Source of the DNA: Deltaproteobacteria bacterium RIFOXYD12_FULL_56_24
Lineage (GTDB): Bacteria > Desulfobacterota > Desulfobulbia > Desulfobulbales > Desulfurivibrionaceae
NCBI GenBank assembly: GCA_001799285.1
Contig: MGTD01000008.1
Span: 3,699 to 67,698 of the forward strand
DNA length: 64,000 nt
Reading direction: 5' to 3'
The notes below the pieces were generated by a model, which saw only the letters and a program-made list of their open reading frames with translations, had not been told where the DNA came from and made no database searches. Positions 49,008 through 58,876 of the stretch are shown here, piece after piece. Made by a program: the position numbers and the translations under genes. The first letter of the stretch is position 1; every line of letters starts with the position of its first letter.

Positions 49008-51047
49008 TTACGCGGCTGTCATTTTTTCCACCCGCACCGCGCAAACCTTGTACTCGGGACAGCCGGAGCCGGTGTCAAAGGCGTTGTTGGTGATCAGGTT
49101 GATGGGCGCTTCGTGGAAGTGGAAGGTGGTGTAGACCATGCCCTGGTCTACCTGCTCGGTGATCTCGGTGGCCAGACTGATCTCGCCCCGCCGGGAAACA
49201 AGCCGCACCGTCTCGCCCCGGCGAAGGCCAAGGGCCATGGCGTCCGCCGGGTTGATCTGGAGCAGGGCCTGGCCGCTTTCCCTGCTCAACCGCTCGCTTT
49301 TGCGGGTCATGGTGCCGGTATGATACTGATGATAGATCCGGCCGGTCATCAACAATAACGGATAATCCAGATCGGGCAGCTCGCCGGGCTCGATGTGGCT
49401 GGTCGGCATAAAGTAGCCCTTCCCCCGGGTGAAGTAGTACTTGTGCAGAAAGGGGGTGCCCGGATGGTCGCGGTCCCAGCAGGGCCACTGCAAGCCCCAG
49501 CCCCGGTCCAGCCGGTCATGGTAGATGCCGCCGTAGATGGGGGCGAGCAGGGCGATCTCCTCCATGATCTCGGCGCTGGAGTCGTAATCCATGGCATAAC
49601 CCAGACGGTTGGCCAAGGCGATGATGATTTCGCTGTCGGCGCGGCACTGACCAGGCGGCGCTACCGCCCGGCGCACCATCTGTACCCTGCGTTCCGTGTT
49701 GGTGAAGCTGCCGCTTTTTTCGGCAAAACAAGCGGCTGGGAAGACCACCTGGGCAAGCTGCGCCGTTTCGGTGAGAAAGATATCGCTCACCGCCAGAAAA
49801 TCCAGGCCTCGCAGGGTTTCTTCCACCTTGGTCAGGGTGGGGTCGCTGAGCATGGGATTCTCGCCCATGATGTACATGCCGCGGATCGCTCCCTGGCCGC
49901 CGCCGTGGGTCATCTCCACCAGATTCAGGCCGCGGGCCGCCGGTAACCTCGTCCCCCAGGCCAGTTCGAATTTTTCCCGGAAATCCTCGTTATGCACCGG
50001 CTGGTAACTTGGCAGCATGTTGGGCAGCGCCCCCATGTCGCAGGCACCTTGCACGTTGTTCTGGCCCCGAAGCGGATCGACCCCGGTATCCTTCTTTTCG
50101 ATGTGGCCGGCCAGCATGGCCAGGTTGGCGATAGTCTGCACATTCTCGGTGCCGCAGACGTGCTGGGTAACGCCCAGGCAGTAACAGATCACCGCCTTGC
50201 GGGCCCGGCCATAGAGCAGGGCTGCCTGGCTGATCAGGGCCAGCGGCACGCCGGTGAGAGCGGCGGTTTTGGCAAGGTCCAGGCGGTGGAGCATGTCGCG
50301 CAGCGCCAGAAAGTTTTCGGTGCGCATCTCGATGAACAGTTCATCGGCCAGCCCCTCGTCCAGGAGTACCCGCATCATGGCATTGAGCAGGAGGATGTCG
50401 GTACCGGGGCGCAGGGCCAGATGGAGATGGCTGCACTCAGCCAGTCGGGTGCGGCGCGGGTCGATGACGATCAGTCGGGCGCCGCGGTCCACCGCGCCAA
50501 GCATCCGGCGGGCCACCTGGGGGTGAGCCTCGGTGGTGTTGGAGCCGGAGACCAGAATCACCTCGGCGTTTTCGATCTCGTTGATGGAGTTGGTCATGGC
50601 CCCGCTGCCGAAGGAGGTGGCAAGACCTGCCACCGTAGGAGCGTGTCAGAGTCGGGCGCAGTGGTCCACGTTGTTGGTGGCAAGCGCGGTGCGGGCAAAC
50701 TTTTGCAGGAGGTAGTTTTCCTCGTTGGTACACTTGGCCGAGGCCAGCACGCCGATGGCTTGGCCGCCCGAGCTGTCGCGGATGCGACCCAGCTGCTCTG
50801 CGGTAAAATCGAGGGCCTCCTCCCAGGTGGCCGGGGTGAGAAGGCCGCCTTTGCGGATGAGCGGGGTGGTGAGCCGATCAGGATGGTTGATGGATTCGTG
50901 GATGTGCCAGCCCTTGACACATAGATTGTCCCGGGAGACCGGGTGGTGCCGGCTGGCCTGGCTGCCGCAAACTTTACCCTCCTCCACCTGCAGGTAGAGA
51001 CCGCAGCCACAACCGCAGTAAACACAGGTGGTCAGCACATCATGCAT
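49008..51047 (-). CDS. fdhA: Second selenocysteine formate dehydrogenase alpha subunit, FdhF-like (Sec at 50646-50648)
   Basis: ORFs 50646-51050 and 49008-50633 in frame: NVDHCARL-U-HAPTVAGLA; CVYCGCGC..C FeS motif, LRGQNNVQGACDMG; no Tat signal. Confidence 0.92.
50616..50634 (-). promoter_or_regulatory. SECIS-like hairpin of the second fdhA
   Basis: Minus strand GGTGGCA-GGTC-TTGCCACC, 11 nt after the UGA. Confidence 0.8.
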
Positions 51048-51087
51048 CACCGTTTCTCCTGATCAAGCAAGGTACAAGCTTACGGAG

Positions 51088-51588
51088 TTATTGCTGCCCG
51101 TGGTTGTCATCGCTGCGACGCCGGCGAAAAGGCAGATGCGGGGCATGCACCCCTTCGCGCAGCATGAAGAAGCTGGTTTCAAGAAGCTCGACTCCGGTCA
51201 ACACTCCGACCGTGAGTACGGCCAGCACCACGCCGCCATGTTCATAGCCCAGACCGATGGCCGAGCCGATGGCCGCCAGCATCCAGATCACCGCCGCCGA
51301 AGTTACTCCCTGCACCAGACCCTCCTTGGCCATGATGACCCCCGCGCCGAGAAAGCCGATGCCGGTGACCACCTGGCCCACCACCCGACTGGGATCAGCG
51401 CCCGTGCCCTCGGTGATCAGGGCGCCAAGGGCGACAAAAACCTCGGTGCCGAGGCAGATCAGGATGCTGGTGCGGATGCCTGCCGGTTTGCCGCGCAGCT
51501 GGCGCTCAAGGCCGATGATCCCACCGCAGATAAGGGCAACGGCGATGCGCTGCCAGAAGATTGGGGTGTAAGGGTCGAACACTGGCAT
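51088..51588 (-). CDS. MgtC/SapB family membrane protein
   Basis: GGIIGLERQ..AGIRT, DPSRVVGQVVTGIGFLGAG, TSAAVIW. Confidence 0.93.
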   Translation of the reverse strand: MPVFDPYTPIFWQRIAVALICGGIIGLERQLRGKPAGIRTSILICLGTEVFVALGALITEGTGADPSRVVGQVVTGIGFLGAGVIMAKEGLVQGVTSAAVIWMLAAIGSAIGLGYEHGGVVLAVLTVGVLTGVELLETSFFMLREGVHAPHLPFRRRRSDDNHGQQ

Positions 51589-51733
51589 GGGCGGCTGTTC
51601 CTGTGTTATTCAGATAAAGTGTGCTGGTTGCGGCTCAGGCGACTTGATTCAGACTTTTGCCATATTCTTTCTCAGCCGGACGCTATTCTATTCGCCAATG
51701 GCGGAGGTGTCAATCGCTTCCCCTCTGCTGTAA

Positions 51734-53248
<1,515 letters not shown>

Positions 53249-53331
53249 TGAAACAGGAATACTCAACGATCCAAAACCAAGGTTAGCGCGGATTGATTAC
53301 GGATATGCCCGACTGGCGGAAGGGCTTGTTG

Positions 53332-53922
53332 CTAAAGCTGGCCGCAGTTTACGATCATCACTTTTTTCTTCGGCCGGCCGCTCTGCGTCCCCATCTCTTC
53401 AATTCTTTTTACCACCTCCAGGCCTTCAACCACTTTGCCGAAGACCACATGCTTGCCGTCGAGCCAGGGCGTTTGGGCGGTAGTGATGAAAAACTGGGAA
53501 CCGTTGGTGTTCGGCCCGGCATTGGCCATGGACAGGGTGCCCGGCCCCAGGTGCCGACGGAAGAAATTCTCATCGGCAAAGGTGCGGCCATAAATAGACT
53601 TGCCGCCGGTGCCGTCGCCGTTGGTAATATCGCCGCCCTGGAGCATGAACTGAGGAATAATGCGGTGGAAGATGCTTCCTTTGTACCCGAACCCCTTTTC
53701 GTGGGTGGCCAGCTGCCGAAAATTCTCCGCTGTTTTCGGCACCACATCGGCAAACAGCTCCATTACGATCCGGCCAGCCTTTTCATCGCCGATGACGATG
53801 TCAAAAAACACCTTGGGATTGGCCGCTATCGCCGGTTTTTCCTGAGCCGCCAAACTGCCGGCCAGAAACAGACCCAGCAACATCAAGCAGCCAATGAACA
53901 TTTTTTTTCCGTACTCCTTCAC
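53332..53922 (-). CDS. Cyclophilin-type peptidyl-prolyl isomerase with signal peptide
   Basis: [47 protein letters not shown]. Confidence 0.95.
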   Translation of the reverse strand: MKEYGKKMFIGCLMLLGLFLAGSLAAQEKPAIAANPKVFFDIVIGDEKAGRIVMELFADVVPKTAENFRQLATHEKGFGYKGSIFHRIIPQFMLQGGDITNGDGTGGKSIYGRTFADENFFRRHLGPGTLSMANAGPNTNGSQFFITTAQTPWLDGKHVVFGKVVEGLEVVKRIEEMGTQSGRPKKKVMIVNCGQL

Positions 53923-53998
53923 TTTTTTCTCCTTTAGTTCAAAAAACAGTTGTCGAATCTCTCATCCTTAATGAAAGCACTATGTTACACCTATCTGC

Positions 53999-54151
53999 GT
54001 AACTATCCAGCAGCACCGCATCTGCGTTGTTATCAGCCGGCTCATGGGCACCAGCACACGTCGCAGGCTTCTGCCTAGCAGCTCCGGCACTGCTGGATAG
54101 TTACGGTTTGGGTTGTTTTTGTTCGTTTCCGGCCTTGAGCTGGATAGTTAC
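53999..54151. repeat. Composite miniature element (B-type + D modules), without the A insert
   Basis: Same 13 bp TIRs as 14627-14833, opposite orientation. Confidence 0.88.
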
Positions 54152-54571
54152 CTATCTGCCGACGCCAATTTTTTCCTCTCGGATCTTGAGACACTTGCGG
54201 CTGAAGTCATCAAATTCTGCGCAGGTTTTCAGCACAAAAGCATTCTGGCCGGGATAAAAGGTGCATTTGCTCTGGTAGTCGCAGGTGTTGCCGAAAGAAT
54301 CCCAATGCTGGCACTCTTCGACACATTCCAGATCGCCATAACTGTGGATGGTTTTTTCAAAGAGACATTTTTTGGTAAAATCGTCCCAGTACTGGCACTC
54401 GCGCACAGCCATGGTCTGGCCGGATGCCCTGGCCTGCCCCCCTTCGCAGATCACCGTAAGATCCCGGTCACGGTAGACCTCTCCTTTTTTCAGTCGTACC
54501 TCTCTGGCCCCGCTGCTGACGGGAAGGGAAACAAGGAAAACAGCCAGGAGGAGGAACAGGCGCGGATTCAT
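54152..54571 (-). CDS. Secreted cysteine-rich hypothetical protein
   Basis: ATG at 54571 with AGGAG RBS; signal peptide; three CxxW/FDxFxxxC repeats. Confidence 0.75.
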   Translation of the reverse strand: MNPRLFLLLAVFLVSLPVSSGAREVRLKKGEVYRDRDLTVICEGGQARASGQTMAVRECQYWDDFTKKCLFEKTIHSYGDLECVEECQHWDSFGNTCDYQSKCTFYPGQNAFVLKTCAEFDDFSRKCLKIREEKIGVGR

Positions 54572-54660
54572 GGTCGTCTCCTTTTTACGAGCAGCACCGA
54601 AAACGGGACGCTCCCGTATTAATTGGTTCTCCCGGAGCTTAAATGGAAACAAGATTGCCC

Positions 54661-55059
54661 CTAGCTCTTGCCATAACGGCTTAGCACGTTCTTGACACTG
54701 TCCCGCAGCTTGTCCAGATTGATCGGCTTGAGTACATAGCCCTTGGCTCCGGCCCCGATGGCTTCGATTACCATCTGCTCCTGGCCGTGGGAAGTAACCA
54801 TGATAATCAGGGCATTAGACTGCAAGGCAAGAATCCGGCGAGTCGCGGCAATGCCATCCATATCCGGCATGGTAATATCCATAGTAATAAGATCGGGGAT
54901 GGAAAGGCCCTTATTGGTCATATATTCGATGGTCTCGACCGCTTCCAGGCCGGTTTTGCAGATTTTGCCGACCTCGTAGCCAAGCTGTTCAAGCATCGCC
55001 ACCAAACGTTTTGCGGTCAAGGCCGAATCGTCTACAACCATGATGTTAGGTTTGCTCAT
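54661..55059 (-). CDS. Single-domain CheY-like response regulator
   Basis: IMVVDDS, DLITMDITMPDMDG, MVTS, YVLKP. Confidence 0.93.
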   Translation of the reverse strand: MSKPNIMVVDDSALTAKRLVAMLEQLGYEVGKICKTGLEAVETIEYMTNKGLSIPDLITMDITMPDMDGIAATRRILALQSNALIIMVTSHGQEQMVIEAIGAGAKGYVLKPINLDKLRDSVKNVLSRYGKS

Positions 55060-55589
55060 TATAGTTTCTCCACATAATTGAGGTTCAGATCAAAGAGTTC
55101 CTTGGGGCCGATGAAATGAATACTCAACATGCCGCTGTCGGTGATAATATCCAACGTGTAAAATGTGGCCCCCTTGTTACGGGTAATATTTTTGGCCTCG
55201 TTGATGATAATGGGCGGGGAGATGGGGATGACCGTGCCCATGGAGGCCAGGTCAGCCATGGCGTTGCCGACAATGATATTGATCAGCTCGGCGACGGTTT
55301 CTTCCCGCATCATCTCCTGTTCATCTGCGGAGATCTCCAGCCCCTGGGTGCTGGCAACAAAAACCCGTTCCGTCAACTCCCGGTCAAAACTGAAGGCGAT
55401 TAACATGCGGATGTCTGCCTCCACCGAGAGAATCGAGGTCAGGTGCTGCAATTGCATGCGCTTGACATCCTGCATATGCGCCGTTGTGCCCCGGACCGTA
55501 ATTTCCAGCTCATCTTTCAGGTAGCCTACGGTCCGGTCGCCGATGGCCTGGACCAACCGGCTGTGTCTGTCATCATGAACATCGCTCAT
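55059..55589 (-). CDS. cheX: CheX-family phosphatase
   Basis: ETVAELINIIVGNA (ExxN motif), ISPPIII; stop overlaps the ATG of the CheY-like gene. Confidence 0.82.
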   Translation of the reverse strand: MSDVHDDRHSRLVQAIGDRTVGYLKDELEITVRGTTAHMQDVKRMQLQHLTSILSVEADIRMLIAFSFDRELTERVFVASTQGLEISADEQEMMREETVAELINIIVGNAMADLASMGTVIPISPPIIINEAKNITRNKGATFYTLDIITDSGMLSIHFIGPKELFDLNLNYVEKL

Positions 55590-55591
55590 TG

Positions 55592-57919
55592 TTATTTCTC
55601 CCTGGCCGTAATTTGCAATGATTCAAGGTAAGGAAGGATAAATCTGAACCGGGTTCCTTTCCCGAGGGTCGAGTCCACCTCAATTATGCCGCCCAACCTT
55701 TCCGTTTCCATGCGGACCGCCGCCAAACCTACGCCGCGGCCGGACAGCTCGCTTACTTCCTCCTTGGTGGAGAACTCATCTTCAAAGATCAGCAGGCGCA
55801 GCGCATCTTCGTCCAGAGCACCACCCTGTTCCGGGGTGAAAAGACCTGCGGCTACCCCTTTGCGGCGGATCGCCTCAAGATCAAGGCCGCGGCCGTCGTC
55901 GTTGATCTCGAGTATGATCCGGTCATCATCCATAAAAGTACGGCAGCTGAGGTGGCCTTCCTCCTCCTTGCTCTGCGCCAGCCGTTCCTCCGGGGTCTCA
56001 AGACCGTGATCCACTGCGTTGCGGAAGAGATGGATCAGCGACTTGGTAAAGGGGCTGTAAATCTCCGGGGCGACCCGCACCCCGTTGTCCTCCACCTCGA
56101 CCGGAGCCAGCTCCTTTTCCAGCCGCTCGGCCAGACGCACCGCCGTCTTGGCGTGTCCCGAAAGCAGGTCGCCGAAGGAGACATAGCGCAACCGCTTGAT
56201 GAGTTGCAGCATCTCCCTGGTCTCTTCGGAATCAAGGGACGGCCCCTTGGCCTGCAAGAGTCGGTCGGCCAAATGCTCCAGCATTTCGGTCTGCTCAGGC
56301 GTCAGGGAGAGATGGCCGCGCCGGGCAAAAAAGGCATCGCCCAGGGTCTCCTGAAGCACGGCCAGTTCCTGGGCCAGGGCCTGATCGGCCAGGGCCTGCT
56401 CATGTTCGAGCAGAGCCCGGTCCGGATGTTGTCTGGCCAGATCGCGGCGCAGCCGGTTGAGGGCGGATTCGTATTGATGGAGACGGCGCGGCAGGTGCAG
56501 GAATTCCAGCTGCCCGAAAAGCCCCTTGAAGGTGTGAACCTGGCGGTAAATCTCGGCCAGACCGGCGGCCAGTTCCTCGTCCGGGGCGGCCAGCAACCGG
56601 GGCAGGGTGTTTTTGCTGAAGTTCTGGTAATCGTCAAGAACCTCGAACAGATCTGCCGATTCGGTAGCCGCGGCCACGATGAAGCGCAGGCGGATCTGCT
56701 CTTCCGCCACCCGGGCCTCAAGGCGGCGCTGCTCGGTGATATCGGTGATGATCAGCATCAGCCTCCTGTCGCCCAGCAGGCGGTAGGCGATATCCAGATA
56801 ACGCTCGTTGAGATATAGCTCCTTGGGCATCAGCGAGAGGAGGATGTCGCGCTGAAATTCGTCAGCGGTTTGTACGATCAGCTGAATATTGGCGCCGAAA
56901 CGCTCCCGTTCCTCTTCATCTTCAGGAAAGAGCAGGGCGGCCACGGATTTGCCGGCCACCTCCCCATTAAAAAAGGTCAGGCATTCCCGACTGTATTCCG
57001 GCTCGACTTCCAGGTCCGGACCGAAGGAAAGAAAGCCCTGTCCCGAGTTGTTGAGCAGGCCGGAGAGGCGGTCGCTCTTGTCGGCAAGTTGGCGCCGGGT
57101 AATGAGAATGCGCCGGTACATGGTGGCGATGATAAAGGTGACCAGCAGCACCACCGTGCCATTGCCCAGCAAAATGTAGAGAAGTTGCCGGGTGCTTTCC
57201 CTGGTTCTCTGCAAGAATGCGGCTTTGTCGATGGTCACCCCCAAAACCCCGGCGGTCTCGCTGATCTGCCAGTAAGTATGGCAGACGGTGCATTTGCCTT
57301 CCACCGGGATGCGTTCGTAAAAATGGGCCACGCGGTCTTCCAGCACCTCGGCCCGGTTCCGGTCGTTAAAGCGGAGATTTTTATCCAAAACGAAATGGCA
57401 TTCGGCGCAGGATTTCCCCTGTACTTTTGCCAGATGAGCCTGCCCGGCAGCGGAATCGAAACGGCCGGCCAGGTGCCAGTCCCGGCGTAGGAACATCCCC
57501 CTGGTTTTTTCGTACAGGTCAAGGTTGGGGTTGATCAAGACGCCTTTTTCATCGTGGACAAAGGGCAGCCCCACCGTAACCGTGCCGGAACGGTAGTTCA
57601 TCAAGCCTTCGCGGGGATAAAGGGTGGTGGCGGTTACTCCTTCCAACTGGGCGGTGTTGTCCATCACCAGCTGAAAGGTCTTACGCTGGCCTTTCTCGAT
57701 GGAATCGCGGGTCTGGGAGACATAGCTGGTGAGGATGCCGCTGCCCTGCTCGCGGATGGTGCGATTCATCATCTGCTTCTGGTAGTAATGAAAGACCAGC
57801 CCTGCCACCACCGAAATCAGTAACAGGCAGGAGAAGGCGATCAAAAGAAAACGCGGCACCACCCGCTCGGGGTTGGGCTCCCGGTTGCCAGGTTTCGGTT
57901 TTTCCATTTCCGGCCTCAT
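55592..57919 (-). CDS. Membrane sensor kinase: periplasmic diheme domain, PAS-like, HPt, CheA-type HATPase (no CheW domain)
   Basis: TM1, CAECH and CTVCH, TM2, LNNSGQGFLSF, HPt YRQVHTFKG, HLFRNAVDHGLE, DDGRGLD, FSTKEEVSELSGRGVGL. Confidence 0.85.
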   Translation of the reverse strand: MRPEMEKPKPGNREPNPERVVPRFLLIAFSCLLLISVVAGLVFHYYQKQMMNRTIREQGSGILTSYVSQTRDSIEKGQRKTFQLVMDNTAQLEGVTATTLYPREGLMNYRSGTVTVGLPFVHDEKGVLINPNLDLYEKTRGMFLRRDWHLAGRFDSAAGQAHLAKVQGKSCAECHFVLDKNLRFNDRNRAEVLEDRVAHFYERIPVEGKCTVCHTYWQISETAGVLGVTIDKAAFLQRTRESTRQLLYILLGNGTVVLLVTFIIATMYRRILITRRQLADKSDRLSGLLNNSGQGFLSFGPDLEVEPEYSRECLTFFNGEVAGKSVAALLFPEDEEERERFGANIQLIVQTADEFQRDILLSLMPKELYLNERYLDIAYRLLGDRRLMLIITDITEQRRLEARVAEEQIRLRFIVAAATESADLFEVLDDYQNFSKNTLPRLLAAPDEELAAGLAEIYRQVHTFKGLFGQLEFLHLPRRLHQYESALNRLRRDLARQHPDRALLEHEQALADQALAQELAVLQETLGDAFFARRGHLSLTPEQTEMLEHLADRLLQAKGPSLDSEETREMLQLIKRLRYVSFGDLLSGHAKTAVRLAERLEKELAPVEVEDNGVRVAPEIYSPFTKSLIHLFRNAVDHGLETPEERLAQSKEEEGHLSCRTFMDDDRIILEINDDGRGLDLEAIRRKGVAAGLFTPEQGGALDEDALRLLIFEDEFSTKEEVSELSGRGVGLAAVRMETERLGGIIEVDSTLGKGTRFRFILPYLESLQITAREK

Positions 57920-58875
57920 TTTGCGGATCCTTTCGGCATGACCCCTGCCATGGCCTTGGCCTCAGCGTGGGTGTGGTAGAGCAGGGGACGGGGAAAAAGT
58001 TCGCTGGCGCAGCCGATACAGGGATGGCCGGCCCGGATGCAGTTGTTGGTGTTGCCGTTGTAGCCGAGGGCAATGCAATCGTTGTAGGTCACCGGTCCCT
58101 GACAGCCTAATTCCATCAGGCAACCCTCCTCGCCAATGCGCTGGGCGAAATCGCGGGCCTGAAAGGCGGCGTAGCGGGGGCAGCGCTCGTGGACCGAATG
58201 GGAGAAGAAGCGTCGCGGTCGCCGGGCGTCGTCCAGCTCCGGCAGCCTCTTGGTCTTGATGAAATAGAGCAGGGTGTAGACCAGATGGTCGGGGTGCATG
58301 GGGCAGGACGGCAGGTTGACCGAGGGGGTCTTGATGGCCCGCTGTTTGAGAAAATCATCCAGGGATTTGGCGCCCGTCAGGGTGCCGGCCATTGTCGCCA
58401 CGCCGCCCGAGACGGCGCAGGTGCCGGCGGCGATACAGAGCGAGGCTTTGGCGGCCAGCAGAGCTGCCCATTCGCTGATGGGCTTATGGGCCAGCATGCA
58501 GGCATGGGGCATGCCCACGGGGATGGCGCCCTCCATGACCAAAATGTACGGTTTGCCGGAAGCGGCCAGCTTGTTCAGGATCTGCGGAACCTGATCCCCG
58601 GAGGCCGAAGAGAGATCAGGATGGTACACCAACCGGGTGAAATAAGTAAGAAAGTCCAGAATGGTGATCTGCTCGACATTAAGCAGCGAGGTGGAGCAGC
58701 CGGAACAGGACGCCCCATGCAGCCAGATCAGGTTGGGTCGGGACCAGCCGGCAGCCGCGGGTTTGGCCTCGGCGGCCAGCAACTCGTCGAAGGAGATGAG
58801 CGGCGCGGCCCCGGCCGCAATCACCAACTGATAGATTCTTTGCAGAAATTTTCGTCGATCCAGGGTTATGGTCAT
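57916..58875 (-). CDS. [NiFe]-hydrogenase small subunit with Tat signal
   Basis: DRRKFL twin-arginine motif, CSGC, GTC, SCP, HERCP..CLMELGCQGP, NDC..NNC..HPCIGC. Confidence 0.92.
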   Translation of the reverse strand: MTITLDRRKFLQRIYQLVIAAGAAPLISFDELLAAEAKPAAAGWSRPNLIWLHGASCSGCSTSLLNVEQITILDFLTYFTRLVYHPDLSSASGDQVPQILNKLAASGKPYILVMEGAIPVGMPHACMLAHKPISEWAALLAAKASLCIAAGTCAVSGGVATMAGTLTGAKSLDDFLKQRAIKTPSVNLPSCPMHPDHLVYTLLYFIKTKRLPELDDARRPRRFFSHSVHERCPRYAAFQARDFAQRIGEEGCLMELGCQGPVTYNDCIALGYNGNTNNCIRAGHPCIGCASELFPRPLLYHTHAEAKAMAGVMPKGSAK

Positions 58876-58876
58876 T

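Noticed and set aside
41269-50648. fdhA, hdrA and mvhD as nonsense pseudogenes
   Set aside because: Each TGA is at a conserved Cys position, the frame continues, and a SECIS-like hairpin follows, so selenocysteine is the better explanation.
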